Source: a virus
DNA: 49,037 nt
Virus record (IMG/VR): IMGVR_UViG_3300045988_028139
Strand: one strand, 5' to 3'
Shown here: positions 17,664-26,432 of the stretch, piece after piece
Position numbering within the stretch: the first letter of the stretch is position 1
How the letters are laid out: the number at the start of each line of letters is the position of its first letter
Program-made: the position numbers and the translations under genes
Notes under the pieces: model-generated
Told to the model about the DNA's origin: nothing
Seen by the model: only the letters and a program-made list of their open reading frames with translations
Database searches by the model: none

Positions 17664-18071
17664 TTAGTATGCTACGGCGTCAGAGAGCAGGATTCCGGCA
17701 GAGCGGAGCGCTTCCTTGTCCGTTTCGCTGATCGCATGGCTGTTGTCAGTGATCAGGCTGTTCTCGTTAAAATGGCCGGTACGGTATGCAGTCGCCACCG
17801 CGTCGGAAGCCGTTCCGACTTCCACGTCGTCAGCCAGCACGCAGTTGGCCGTCAGTGTCTCGTTGCTTTTCGCAGTGGTACCAAGAATTACACGCAAGCC
17901 GTCGCCTGCGGTACCGGCGGAGAGTGCCAGAACAGTGCCGCGCTTGTAGATTTTGGCCTCTGTGGCTTCCTTACGGATCTTCACAGTGAAAACCTCTGCG
18001 GGCGGGTACTGGCCATTGATCAGGTTGTCGAAGCCTACGGCCCCGATCGTCTCGTCGAGTCTTTTACTCAT
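17664..18071 (-). CDS. Head decoration protein, gpD-like
   Basis: 135 aa between the protease and the capsid gene. Contains ...CVLADDVEVGTASDAVATAYRTGHFNENSL... Confidence 0.62.
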   Translation of the reverse strand: MSKRLDETIGAVGFDNLINGQYPPAEVFTVKIRKEATEAKIYKRGTVLALSAGTAGDGLRVILGTTAKSNETLTANCVLADDVEVGTASDAVATAYRTGHFNENSLITDNSHAISETDKEALRSAGILLSDAVAY

Positions 18072-19321
18072 TACTTCATACCTCCTTTGGTCTGGTTATA
18101 GGCGGAAACTACCGCCTGAATGTCTGCTGCGTCCTGTTCCTGAGCGCTTGCAGGCGTGCCGCCGTTAGGTGCTGCGCCTACGTCTGCGGCTCCGGATTTT
18201 GCTCCCTCTGCCTGATATGCTGCGAGGAAATTCTGGCCTGACGCTGCGCTGGCCTGCATAACACGGAAGCAAAGCTCCTGAGCTGTGCAAGGGTTGTCGC
18301 CGTACTTGGCGTCGTGTACGAGCTGCTGATCCGGGATAGAGGCGGCGATCGAGTCGATCTGCTCGATTCTCTGGCGCTCTGCCGCCACAGCCTCGCTGGA
18401 AGTGTTCTGCGCTTCGGTTCTTGCGTTGGCCTCAATCTGGGCCACGATCTCCGGGTATGCTGCTCTCAGTTCCTTCTCGTCCATAGGTTTGTTACCTCCT
18501 TCTTTTTTTGCCGCCTTTGTGGTCGGCTTCTTTTTATTTGCTCCGGGCTTTGCAGCCGGTGGAGTCGCGATTGCTTTCACCGGGATAGTGCCCGGCACAT
18601 GCTGGAGCCCGTCAACATTGTGGCGTACTCCATTAACAAAAAGCACCTTTCTGTCGGCGCTCATGCTCATTTCTGGATCGTCCTCGTCCTCTTTGATTGC
18701 GTCAGCGAAGCCCTTCTCCAGAGCTTCGCGGCCGGTGAACCACGTCTCCTTGGTCATCATGCTGCGGAGAGTATCGACTTCGATCCCTGTCTTGCTGTTG
18801 TAAATCTCGGCCACGGCCCGCTCGCTGGCGTCCATGCCTTTCATAAGCTGCTTCATGTCCTGCATGTTCATGTAGTCCCAGAGCATAACGCTTACGCCGT
18901 GGATCATAATTAGGGAACCGGGGTACACGGTCACGGTATCACCCGCGCACATGATAACGCTCGCAGCGCTGGCCGCGATTCCCTCGACAATGACGTTCAC
19001 CTCACCGCTGAGAGCTTTCAGCGCGTTGTGGATTGCGATCCCGGTGTAGAGATCGCCGCCGCAGCTATTGAGCTTGACGGTGATGTGCCCCTTGTCTTTG
19101 ACTGCTGCCAGATCCTCCATGAAGCCCTCCGGTGTGATGAAAAGGCCGGGCTCCGGTTCGCCTGTCCACCAGTCAACGGGCTGCTGGCTCATAACGTCGC
19201 CGTAGAGAGTGATTTCTCCCTCGTCGTCGCCGGTGCTGGCCATATTCCAGAACTTTGTCGCCGTGGGAGCTTGTGGAGCAGCAGCCGGGCCCATGATTAG
19301 GCCGCTATGTTTGGTTTTCAT
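18071..19321 (-). CDS. Head maturation protease (ClpP/S49-type) fused to a scaffold-like C-terminal region
   Basis: ITVKLNSCGGDLYTGIAIHNALKAL...EGIAASAASVIMCAGD...IMIHG, followed by an Ala/Lys-rich helical C-terminus. Confidence 0.8.
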   Translation of the reverse strand: MKTKHSGLIMGPAAAPQAPTATKFWNMASTGDDEGEITLYGDVMSQQPVDWWTGEPEPGLFITPEGFMEDLAAVKDKGHITVKLNSCGGDLYTGIAIHNALKALSGEVNVIVEGIAASAASVIMCAGDTVTVYPGSLIMIHGVSVMLWDYMNMQDMKQLMKGMDASERAVAEIYNSKTGIEVDTLRSMMTKETWFTGREALEKGFADAIKEDEDDPEMSMSADRKVLFVNGVRHNVDGLQHVPGTIPVKAIATPPAAKPGANKKKPTTKAAKKEGGNKPMDEKELRAAYPEIVAQIEANARTEAQNTSSEAVAAERQRIEQIDSIAASIPDQQLVHDAKYGDNPCTAQELCFRVMQASAASGQNFLAAYQAEGAKSGAADVGAAPNGGTPASAQEQDAADIQAVVSAYNQTKGGMK

Positions 19322-19325
19322 TGGC

Positions 19326-21020
19326 TTATCCTCCTTGTATGGTTTGCTTTATCTGCTCGCCGATCACGAGACTGCGGAGAGCCACCGTGCCCCTCTTGCG
19401 AGCTGTTTCGGGGTTGTGTGGATTGTCGTCGCCTTCTGGCGGATCCTGTTCGCCGTCCGGTTCCGCTGTTCCGGTGCCGCTCTGGTGCGGATCTGGTTGA
19501 TTGCCTCCGAGCTTTTCGTTTTCACGTCTGAGCTGTTCCACATTGCTGTCCCATTGGCCACCGTTTAAGCGGATCGTGCTCTGCTCGTGAGTGGAGAAGC
19601 CTTCACTGCACGCGAGGATCTCGGCCGTGATTTCCTTCACCGGATCGAGCTGTCCCTGAGACGGGCCGAGCCATTCGCTGCCGAGATACGCGGCGCGGAT
19701 CGCTGGATTCTGGAAAAAGCCCGGCGCATATATGCGGCCACGGGCCACGGCTTCGCTCATCCACACTTCATAGCATGGGCGGCAAAAGTCGTCCGCCAGC
19801 CATTCGCGGCGCATTTTGAACGCCTTCCACGCTTCCAGCAGAGCAGCACGGCTCGCACTGTATGAGGCGTTGAAGGATTTCAGGAGCAGATCGCTGGGAA
19901 TTTCCAGCGCGGCGCCTACTTGTGCACTGATCGCTACGGCGAACTTGTCGAAGCTGCCGTTCGGGTGCGTCGGGTTTGCAAATTCTACGCTTTCACCCGG
20001 CCCCATGACATTGATCTGGCCCGGCCCCATGCTGTACTCGTTCGGGTTCCGCATTTCTCCGGGTGGTACCGGATCCACCTCATTGAATGGCATTTCATCA
20101 GTCGGGGCTTCTGTCTTAATGAAGGCAGTGTAAAAGCTCTCGACGACTGCGGCCATGAGTTCGGACTCGGTATATCTGCGAAGCTGCAGCAGCGGCTCGA
20201 TCACCTGCGCGAGATAACTCACGCCGCGGTACTGATCCGGGCGCTCTGTGTCAATGACGTGGAGCACATTCGGAAGGCCGGTGCTTTGCTGGTATGCCAG
20301 AACGCGGGCCCATTCAGTAACCGGAGCGCCGAGCTCATACGGGTAGTTGCTGCGTATGTGATATGCTACCACCATGCCGTTCTTGTCTACTTCCACGCCG
20401 TCGTATATGGTGTTGCCCGTTTCTGGGTTCTTACCGGTTGTGTAGTAGAGCGTAGTCCCGGCCCCGTAGTTGTTCGGTGTTGCGATTCTGTCGGACTCGA
20501 TCAGGTGGACGCGGAGAGAGTAGGGGAGCAGCCGAGTGGTTTCGTACTGCTTGATTAACCCTATGCAGTCGCCGGAGAGCAGCCACGAGATCAGCGCAAG
20601 CTGCTGGAGCCCGTAGAAGTTATTCATGCCGGTGGCGTCGCAGGCTCTCTTGTTGCTGGCCCAGAGGGAAAACTCTCGCTCTGTTTCTTTCTGCCACCGT
20701 TCTGCCTGATCCGGTGAGAGTCCGAGCACTTCGCGGTCGATCCGGCTTTTAAGCCTGAGCCCGACGCCTACCACGTTTGTGCGGTTGGTTTTGATCGCCG
20801 AGGTAGCGATCGGCGCGGCCATGTATAACATGCGGGCACGCTGTCGCATGGTGTAGTTGTTGAAGTCTATGTCCTCGTGAGCGGATCCGCTGGGAGCATT
20901 AAAACCTTTCACGGCTTTTTTTCTCCAGCTTGCGCCCGCCTCTCCGTAGCCCTTATTCTGAGGGCGTACGTTATCCGGGAGATATAGCCCCCTCGTTTGG
21001 TCGTACTTCGTTTTTCTCAC
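19326..21020 (-). CDS. Portal protein, lambda family (start uncertain)
   Basis: 564 aa downstream of TerL and the gpW-like gene, with portal-family length and pattern. Confidence 0.82.
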   Translation of the reverse strand: MRKTKYDQTRGLYLPDNVRPQNKGYGEAGASWRKKAVKGFNAPSGSAHEDIDFNNYTMRQRARMLYMAAPIATSAIKTNRTNVVGVGLRLKSRIDREVLGLSPDQAERWQKETEREFSLWASNKRACDATGMNNFYGLQQLALISWLLSGDCIGLIKQYETTRLLPYSLRVHLIESDRIATPNNYGAGTTLYYTTGKNPETGNTIYDGVEVDKNGMVVAYHIRSNYPYELGAPVTEWARVLAYQQSTGLPNVLHVIDTERPDQYRGVSYLAQVIEPLLQLRRYTESELMAAVVESFYTAFIKTEAPTDEMPFNEVDPVPPGEMRNPNEYSMGPGQINVMGPGESVEFANPTHPNGSFDKFAVAISAQVGAALEIPSDLLLKSFNASYSASRAALLEAWKAFKMRREWLADDFCRPCYEVWMSEAVARGRIYAPGFFQNPAIRAAYLGSEWLGPSQGQLDPVKEITAEILACSEGFSTHEQSTIRLNGGQWDSNVEQLRRENEKLGGNQPDPHQSGTGTAEPDGEQDPPEGDDNPHNPETARKRGTVALRSLVIGEQIKQTIQGG

Positions 21021-21128
21021 CTCCTTGCAAGTAATTAAAAACGGCAGCGGCCGCGGTATCTAAAGGAGCGAAAATGTCCCGCAGTCGTCGCCGTAGTAAA
21101 GCCAGCCGATCGGCCAGCGTTTACCCAT

Positions 21129-21395
21129 TTACCAGTCGCGGGGCACTACCCCCACGGCACGGCGAGCAGATCCGCCCGCCAGTTCGGCCTCCAGCTCGCG
21201 GACTCGCTTTTGCAGCTTCGCGATCATGTCCTGAACGGAAGCGAGCGAAGTCTGGTACCGTTGCAGGTTTCTGGAGCCGATTGTGTAGAGCTGCACCCCG
21301 TCCTTGCTGAGCATGTCAGCCTCACGGGCCAGATACGCACTGAGTCGCGTCCTCGTTTCTGTGAGCTCTTGCTGTATGGTTTCTTTTGATCTCAT
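21129..21395 (-). CDS. Head-tail joining protein, gpW-like
   Basis: 88 aa between TerL and the portal, as in lambda. Helical; contains ...YTIGSRNLQRYQ... Confidence 0.55.
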   Translation of the reverse strand: MRSKETIQQELTETRTRLSAYLAREADMLSKDGVQLYTIGSRNLQRYQTSLASVQDMIAKLQKRVRELEAELAGGSARRAVGVVPRDW

Positions 21396-21407
21396 GGGTT
21401 CACCTCC

Positions 21408-23330
21408 TTACCACTCGTCGAAGTAGTTCCGGGCTGCCGGTTTTGGTTTTCGGCGCTGCGCCGGTTTGGTTTGCGGCGTTTCTTGGACATTTTTCAGACG
21501 TCGCTCCACCGCGAACATGTCCGGATCTATGATTTTTAGCCCGGCGTTCGCATAGTTTCGGCAGTCGAGGGCCTCGTTCCGGTTGTGTCCGGGGATTTTT
21601 ACCCAGTGCCACTGGTTGCCGCGCTTTGTTTGCGTGAGCTCCAGACGCTCGGAGAGCAGGCCGTTGAAATAGTAGGTGTCGTAGCCGCAGGACTCGTGGA
21701 TCGGAAAATGGCAATATTTTGGGCCAGCCTCCTGAACTTTCAGGCTCGACATGATCGTTTCCTTTCCGGCGTCAACGCCGAGTGTGTAGAGCCAGCAGGT
21801 GATCCGCTTGTTGTCCTTGATCGGAACCTTTGACGGAGGCGTCACGAACGGGATCCCGTCGCCGCCCTTGCCCTTGATAGCAAAAACGCGCTTGTTCTTA
21901 CGCTCACGGCAGCGAGTGTATACCTCTTGGGTGTAATGGCCGCCGGAGTCCACGCAGGTGATTGAGATCCGCAGCCCTTTTCCGTCCTTGAAGCGGTAAA
22001 CGTGGTCGATCACGTCGTCGAGCTGCTGCCATACCTCGTCGGTGTCGGGTTTTCCCATGATGTAGCCCTTTTTTATGCCCCACGTTTCACCGTAGAAGCC
22101 ATGGCCCACGACTTCGTACTCCAAACGGTTGTCCTGAGTATCTACGCCGCAGGTGAGAACGAGAACGCCCTCCGGAACTTCGACGGGAGAGCCGTCGGCA
22201 TTGGTACCGTAGTCCTCGCGCCGGGCCAGCATGGTGTCCTCGTCTGCTATGTCGCCGCGATCCTCCCAGAGCTCACCCAGCAGCGTGTTATAAACTACTT
22301 TGAGCTTCTGAGGATCGTCCTTGGCTTGCAGGAATTTGAGCGCGATCTTTTCCCATGGAGTCCATGGAGAAGAAAAAGCGTTCAGCCAGAAGGAGCGGAC
22401 GCCCTCGTCGTAGGCCGCCGGGTTCTCGGCGATCCACTTTGCAGGCTGCTTCCGCATTTTTTCCTCCGGTACTATGCAGCCGCAGGAGGGGCAGCACCAC
22501 GTAATCGGTCCCACGATCTTGTACGCCTTTTTCCCGCGGACTTTGGCCACTGTATGATCGAAGTGTACGCGGTCGAAGGTGATCTCGCCGTACTCTCCAC
22601 ACTCAGGGCACTGGTGGCACCAGCGTTCCTGTGTTCCGAGGTAGTAGCTGCTTTCGATATTTGAAGCGCCTTTTATGGTCGGAGTTGATACCTCGACGGC
22701 CTTCGCATTGTAGAACGTGGCCTGTCTGGCTTCGGCCAGAGCCCACGGATCACCCTCAGCACCGGCAGACACGGCCCAGCGGTCGCGCTCGTCGCCGAGA
22801 ATGTAGCGGGCGGGAGTGGAAGCCAGAGCGGAGGCGCTGTTGGATCCTGTGATCGTGAGCATACCGCCGGGGAATGACTTCTGGAGGATTGTGTTCCCGG
22901 AGTCTTTGCTTTTGACGTCGGAAACTTTCGCCCTCAGCACCTTGCTGTCTCGTATCATTGGAGCGATACGGAGGCGTGAGAACTTTCGGGCGTCGTCGAG
23001 GGAAGGCTGGACGAACAGGATCGAGCCGGGATCTTGGTCAATAATGTAGCCGATTATGTTCAGCTCCAGCTCAGATTTTCCCACCTGAGACGCTGCCACC
23101 ATTACGATCTTACGGATCTTCGGATCCGTGAACGCTTCCATAGGTTCCCGCAGGTACGGCGTGCGCGAAGTGCGCCACGGGCCAGACTCCGCGGAGTTCT
23201 CCGGGGATAGGCGGCGGTGTCTATCGGCCCATTCGGCCACCGTCAGATCTTCGGGTGGCTTAAAGTTGCGAATGGCCGGTGCTATGGCTGCGTTGAGTTT
23301 CGCGGTGGATTTTTTAGTCGTCGGCTTCAT
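21408..23330 (-). CDS. terL: Terminase large subunit, GpA family
   Basis: 640 aa. Contains ...WADRHRRLSPENSAESGPWRTSRTPYLREPMEAF...VMVAASQVGKSE (Walker A-like). Confidence 0.9.
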   Translation of the reverse strand: MKPTTKKSTAKLNAAIAPAIRNFKPPEDLTVAEWADRHRRLSPENSAESGPWRTSRTPYLREPMEAFTDPKIRKIVMVAASQVGKSELELNIIGYIIDQDPGSILFVQPSLDDARKFSRLRIAPMIRDSKVLRAKVSDVKSKDSGNTILQKSFPGGMLTITGSNSASALASTPARYILGDERDRWAVSAGAEGDPWALAEARQATFYNAKAVEVSTPTIKGASNIESSYYLGTQERWCHQCPECGEYGEITFDRVHFDHTVAKVRGKKAYKIVGPITWCCPSCGCIVPEEKMRKQPAKWIAENPAAYDEGVRSFWLNAFSSPWTPWEKIALKFLQAKDDPQKLKVVYNTLLGELWEDRGDIADEDTMLARREDYGTNADGSPVEVPEGVLVLTCGVDTQDNRLEYEVVGHGFYGETWGIKKGYIMGKPDTDEVWQQLDDVIDHVYRFKDGKGLRISITCVDSGGHYTQEVYTRCRERKNKRVFAIKGKGGDGIPFVTPPSKVPIKDNKRITCWLYTLGVDAGKETIMSSLKVQEAGPKYCHFPIHESCGYDTYYFNGLLSERLELTQTKRGNQWHWVKIPGHNRNEALDCRNYANAGLKIIDPDMFAVERRLKNVQETPQTKPAQRRKPKPAARNYFDEW

Positions 23331-23892
23331 CAGCGGCCACTATAACGTCGCTCCAGCCTTCACGATCCCGCACCCGCCGCTGATATACCGCCGGATCGTA
23401 GTTGTAGTTTGCGAGCTCGTTCAGAATTTTGTAGCACTCCGCCCGGATCAGTGCCGAGGCTTCGTTGGCGCTTGCCACCTGCACAACGTCCATGGCCAAA
23501 CGTCCGGGGAGTGCCATTATCATGCTGCGGACAGTGTAAACGAGGTCATTCGTCACGGCCTCCACGTCCTCGCTGCGGTGCATTTTGCCTTCGAGCTCTT
23601 TCAGTTGCATGGCTGCCATGTCTGCCTTACTGCGTTTCATGTCAGCCTCAGCCCGCAGCTTCTCCATTTCAACCTGAGCGGTGTCGGCGCTTTTGGCCTC
23701 TCGGCCGTTGGCTTTGTCACTCAGGTAACGGATGTAAGATTGCACCGTCGGAAGCAGGTCGAACATATACGGCCGCTTCTGGGCGGCTGGAATAATTCCA
23801 TCTTTTGCGAGCTGCTGGATCCGGCGGTCGGTGACGCCGAACAGCTTCGCAATAATGGCAGCGTTTTGGAGATTCTGCTTGCCTTCCGCCAT
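23314..23892 (-). CDS. terS: Terminase small subunit (Nu1-like, N-terminal HTH)
   Basis: 192 aa. NAAIIAKLFGVTDRRIQQLAKDGIIP...; overlaps the terL start. Confidence 0.72.
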   Translation of the reverse strand: MAEGKQNLQNAAIIAKLFGVTDRRIQQLAKDGIIPAAQKRPYMFDLLPTVQSYIRYLSDKANGREAKSADTAQVEMEKLRAEADMKRSKADMAAMQLKELEGKMHRSEDVEAVTNDLVYTVRSMIMALPGRLAMDVVQVASANEASALIRAECYKILNELANYNYDPAVYQRRVRDREGWSDVIVAADEADD

Positions 23893-24026
23893 GGCGCCAC
23901 CTCCTTTCTTTGAGGCAAACGAAACGAAACGGCCTGAAAAAATTTTTCTGAGTCTGCGCGTGTTTTGGGCTCGCCAGCACCGCAGGCGTTTGGCGGCCCG
24001 GACAGTACCTTCGGGCTGCGGAAAAA

Positions 24027-24191
24027 TTTCGGCGCGGTTGCTCGGTCGAGTTGCTTTGCCTTTTGCTTCTTTGCTTTGGTCGCTTTGTTTCGCTGTTCTT
24101 TGTTGTTGTTGCTTTTGGTTTCGCTTTGGCTTTGCTGTTCGATTGCTTCGCGCTTGGCTTGCTGCTTGGCGCGTGTTCGTTGGCTTGGCTT
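24027..24191. other. Strand-asymmetric low-complexity tract: only 2 A in 165 nt of the plus strand, built from AAGC-type units on the minus strand
   Basis: Read directly. The only A residues are at 24049 and 24142. It lies between the upstream gene stop and terS and is a candidate cos/pac neighbourhood. Confidence 0.8.
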
Positions 24192-24879
24192 ACTTCATGG
24201 CCTGCTGGACGTGGTGGGTGAATCTCTTTTCCAGTCCTTCGCTGATCATTGCCTCGATCGTTTCCTTCGCTCGGCCGTCGATCATCTGGGGGACTGATAA
24301 AGTGTGGACAGCTTCCAGCGGGCCGCGCCCGGAGCCGGTTCTTTGAAATGGAATGGCGGGCACCTTACCCGCCCCCATGAATGTGTTGTCCGGGAGCCTT
24401 GCTCGCTGTCCTTTTATAATCTGGGCGGTTATCTGATACGGTGCCGGTGGTCGAACCGTTCCAACTTCCGGGGAGCTGTTCAGCATTTGGCCGGGAATTA
24501 GGATAGGAGCCCGGCGGCGCTTTGTTGGTCTGCTCTTTGGTGACATCTTGAAGTGTGTCGGCGTCAGTGTGCGGCCTTTATATTCCAGCGTCGCCCCGTC
24601 AACAGATACCCCCGCGACATTTATGTGGGTGGCCCCTCTCTTTTTTTGAGGCCCGGCACTCTTGATCGCGGCGGTGTCAACTCCGTAATGCTGGCGGATT
24701 CCCTTCGATACCCACGCGGGAGCTCTGGAGTTGAAGTCGGATACGGTTCGCTGGATCGCTACCTTGCCCCCGTTTTCGAGCTTGGCGATCTGCTTTGCCA
24801 GTTTGGCGCCGTCCTTCATGGTGACAGTGAAGGCGCCGCTGGTGTGCCTGCCTGATCCGGAGTAAAACAAATTGCTCAT
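24190..24879 (-). CDS. Virion-type protein, tentatively lambda gpZ-like (internal start ATG at 24879)
   Basis: 229 aa from the RBS AAAGGAGG-spaced ATG. The architecture loosely parallels minor tail protein Z; this is a weak call. Confidence 0.35.
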   Translation of the reverse strand: MSNLFYSGSGRHTSGAFTVTMKDGAKLAKQIAKLENGGKVAIQRTVSDFNSRAPAWVSKGIRQHYGVDTAAIKSAGPQKKRGATHINVAGVSVDGATLEYKGRTLTPTHFKMSPKSRPTKRRRAPILIPGQMLNSSPEVGTVRPPAPYQITAQIIKGQRARLPDNTFMGAGKVPAIPFQRTGSGRGPLEAVHTLSVPQMIDGRAKETIEAMISEGLEKRFTHHVQQAMK

Positions 24880-24905
24880 GTGCGCCCCTCCTTTCTGATT
24901 TTGGG

Positions 24906-24940
24906 TATAAAAATACCGCCTTGGGTTTTCCCTTGGCGGT
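24906..24940 (-). terminator. Rho-independent terminator
   Basis: ACCGCC-AA-GGG-AAAA-CCC-AA-GGCGGT followed by AUUUUUAU on the minus strand. Confidence 0.6.
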
Positions 24941-24949
24941 AGTGGTTGG

Positions 24950-25564
24950 TTATTTTGTTTTGGTTCCGTTCGGTGTGAACTCGTGGAGAACATTGTCCGG
25001 TGTTTCTATTCGGATCATGTTCCCAGATATTTTGGCCGAGAACTGGAGCGTCGCGCGTCCTTCGGAGCTGTAATGGATCTTTTTTCTCCAGCTCGCTGCG
25101 GTAGAGAGGTTGATCAGTTTAACATTGACGGCCGGGATCTCTTTGTCGTTCTCGTCGTAGTCGCTGTCGGCGTCGTATACCACAACGCAGAACTCAGGGG
25201 TGAGAGCCCATGCGTCGAGGATAGCGTCCCCGCAGAGTTTCTTCGTGGCGGCTTTTCCTTCGCTCAGAGTAAAGAGAGTGCCTTCGTCGCTCAGTGCGTA
25301 GCCGATCCCGTCGTCAGTTATAACGGCGTCCTCTATGAGTTCCTCCGTTTTTCTTATCCGGATTCCTCTCACCTTTGTTGCGATCGCGATCCCTTCGTTT
25401 GCGTTTGCGTCCATTCCCGTGAGAATATAATACTCGCCAGACTGAGAGGCCCACGCTTTGTCAGCGTCGAACCACTCCTTGCCGTTTCTCGTGAAAATAC
25501 CCGGCTTTCCGTTTCTCTGTGAGATCTCCCAGCTTTCTGCCTTGGTTCCGTTATTTAATCCCAT
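24950..25564 (-). CDS. Hypothetical protein
   Basis: 204-aa ORF with RBS AAGGAGG and its own near-consensus promoter. Confidence 0.6.
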   Translation of the reverse strand: MGLNNGTKAESWEISQRNGKPGIFTRNGKEWFDADKAWASQSGEYYILTGMDANANEGIAIATKVRGIRIRKTEELIEDAVITDDGIGYALSDEGTLFTLSEGKAATKKLCGDAILDAWALTPEFCVVVYDADSDYDENDKEIPAVNVKLINLSTAASWRKKIHYSSEGRATLQFSAKISGNMIRIETPDNVLHEFTPNGTKTK

Positions 25565-25586
25565 TGTGGTGTCCTCCTTATGGTTT

Positions 25587-25603
25587 AGTCATCTTTGGGA
25601 TAT
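25587..25603 (-). promoter_or_regulatory. Third copy (opposite strand) of the promoter-proximal 17-mer ATATCCCAAAGATGACT
   Basis: 15/17 identical to TTATCCCAAACATGACT at 44564 and 44619. It abuts the TATAAT box, as copy 2 does. Confidence 0.7.
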
Positions 25604-25631
25604 TATACAACGGAGCGGCGGTGCTTATCAA
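25602..25631 (-). promoter_or_regulatory. Sigma70-like promoter TTGATA-18 nt-TATAAT
   Basis: Read on the minus strand, about 35 nt upstream of the 25564 start. Confidence 0.6.
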
Positions 25632-25755
25632 TCCTCCGTCCGGAAAATTTGCACCCCTCCCAGTTCTTTTCTGAGGGTAGGCACATAGGAAAAACCGCCC
25701 GGATCTTTATCATGTCCCCGGACGGCTTTCGCTGTTATACAGAGTAGCACGGTGG

Positions 25756-25795
25756 TTTATCCCCTTTTATCCCTTTTTGTCCCTTTTTATCCCCC
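25756..25795. repeat. Four 10-bp-phased units (T3-5 A/G T C3-5; minus strand GGGATAAAA-type A-tracts)
   Basis: tttatcccc ttttatccc tttttgtccc tttttatccccc, with the AT/GT step at 25759, 25769, 25779 and 25789. Confidence 0.8.
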
Positions 25796-25857
25796 TATGT
25801 GCTCGTGAGCGCTCCGCCTGTTGCTTTCTCCTGAGTGGGTGCGTATTTCTTCGAGTG

Positions 25858-25901
25858 CACAAAAAAGCCCGCCGTCGGCCTTCCTGTGGCTTCTGGCGGG
25901 C
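25858..25901 (-). terminator. Probable terminator after the late-regulator gene
   Basis: GCCCGCC...GGCGGGC (21-nt loop) followed by UUUUUUGU. Confidence 0.45.
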
Positions 25902-25905
25902 GTTG

Positions 25906-26409
25906 TTATCCCTGTTCTTGTTTTGCTCTGTATATTCTGGCCAGCGATTGAAGCGCCGAGCCGTGCAGCTTGAATGTTCTTTTGAGGTAGCGCTGCTCGT
26001 GTTCGTCGTAGTCCTCCCGGCTACCATGAAGCGCGGCGCATACTGTCCACCAGTTCGCTGCGTCGAAGTAGTGCATTTCTAACACGGTCTGCTCGTCCGG
26101 CTTTTCCATTTCGGAGATCAGGGCCTCCAGTTCGCTGCGTTCCTGATCCTCGTCTGCGATCATGCGGCGGATCGTTTCCTCCAGTGTTACCTTCTGGATC
26201 ACTTGCCGTTCTTGTTTGCTGGTTCCGTCGCCACCGCCTCCGGATATTCCGTCGAAGCTCGGCGAGGATATGGAGCCCATGACGGCCTCCAGATTCTCCA
26301 GCCGTTCGATCTGGTTGTCGATCCTGCGGTGGAGTGCTGCGTAGCTTTCCAGCTTTTTCTTGATCTCGTCGGTTTCCTTCGGCTGTTTTGCCTCACTGTT
26401 CTTGTGCAT
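25906..26409 (-). CDS. Putative late-gene transcriptional regulator (sigma-70 region-4-like)
   Basis: C-terminal ...TVLEMHYFDAANWWTVCAALHGS...RTFKLHGSALQSLARI resembles r4-type phage regulators. It lies upstream of the packaging genes, and the ATG at 26409 has the better RBS spacing. Confidence 0.45.
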   Translation of the reverse strand: MHKNSEAKQPKETDEIKKKLESYAALHRRIDNQIERLENLEAVMGSISSPSFDGISGGGGDGTSKQERQVIQKVTLEETIRRMIADEDQERSELEALISEMEKPDEQTVLEMHYFDAANWWTVCAALHGSREDYDEHEQRYLKRTFKLHGSALQSLARIYRAKQEQG

Positions 26410-26432
26410 GGGTTCCACCTCCTTTCGCTGGC

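Noticed and set aside
16099-17667. Long plus-strand ORFs, for example 16099..17667 (522 aa), 26388..27794 (468 aa), 45024..46070 (348 aa), 13315..14205 and 37474..38280
   Set aside because: They are antisense shadows of well-supported minus-strand genes (capsid, methyltransferase, holin/endolysin, sheath, Gam-like). Their sequence is low-complexity and Arg/Cys/Val-rich, and they lack an RBS.
21021-21128. GC-rich palindromes (GCCGATCGGC, GCGGCCGC) between the gpW-like and portal genes, as a possible terminator
   Set aside because: They are short self-complementary sites that cannot form a stable stem-loop with a loop, and only a modest U-run follows. The evidence is not enough to call a terminator.
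21400-21714. 104-aa minus-strand ORF inside the terL 3' region, along with other nested alternative-frame ORFs such as 6313..6696, 9042..9470 and 14970..15395
   Set aside because: They lie wholly inside strongly supported genes in other frames and have Arg/Pro/Gly-rich composition typical of off-frame translation of GC-rich coding DNA.
23892-24192. The frame stays open for 99 codons from the TAA stop of 24190..24879 to the terS ATG, in frame, which suggests read-through fusion
   Set aside because: Most of the interval has no T on the coding strand, so stop codons cannot occur there. Openness is a trivial result of the composition. There is no read-through context, and terS has its own RBS.
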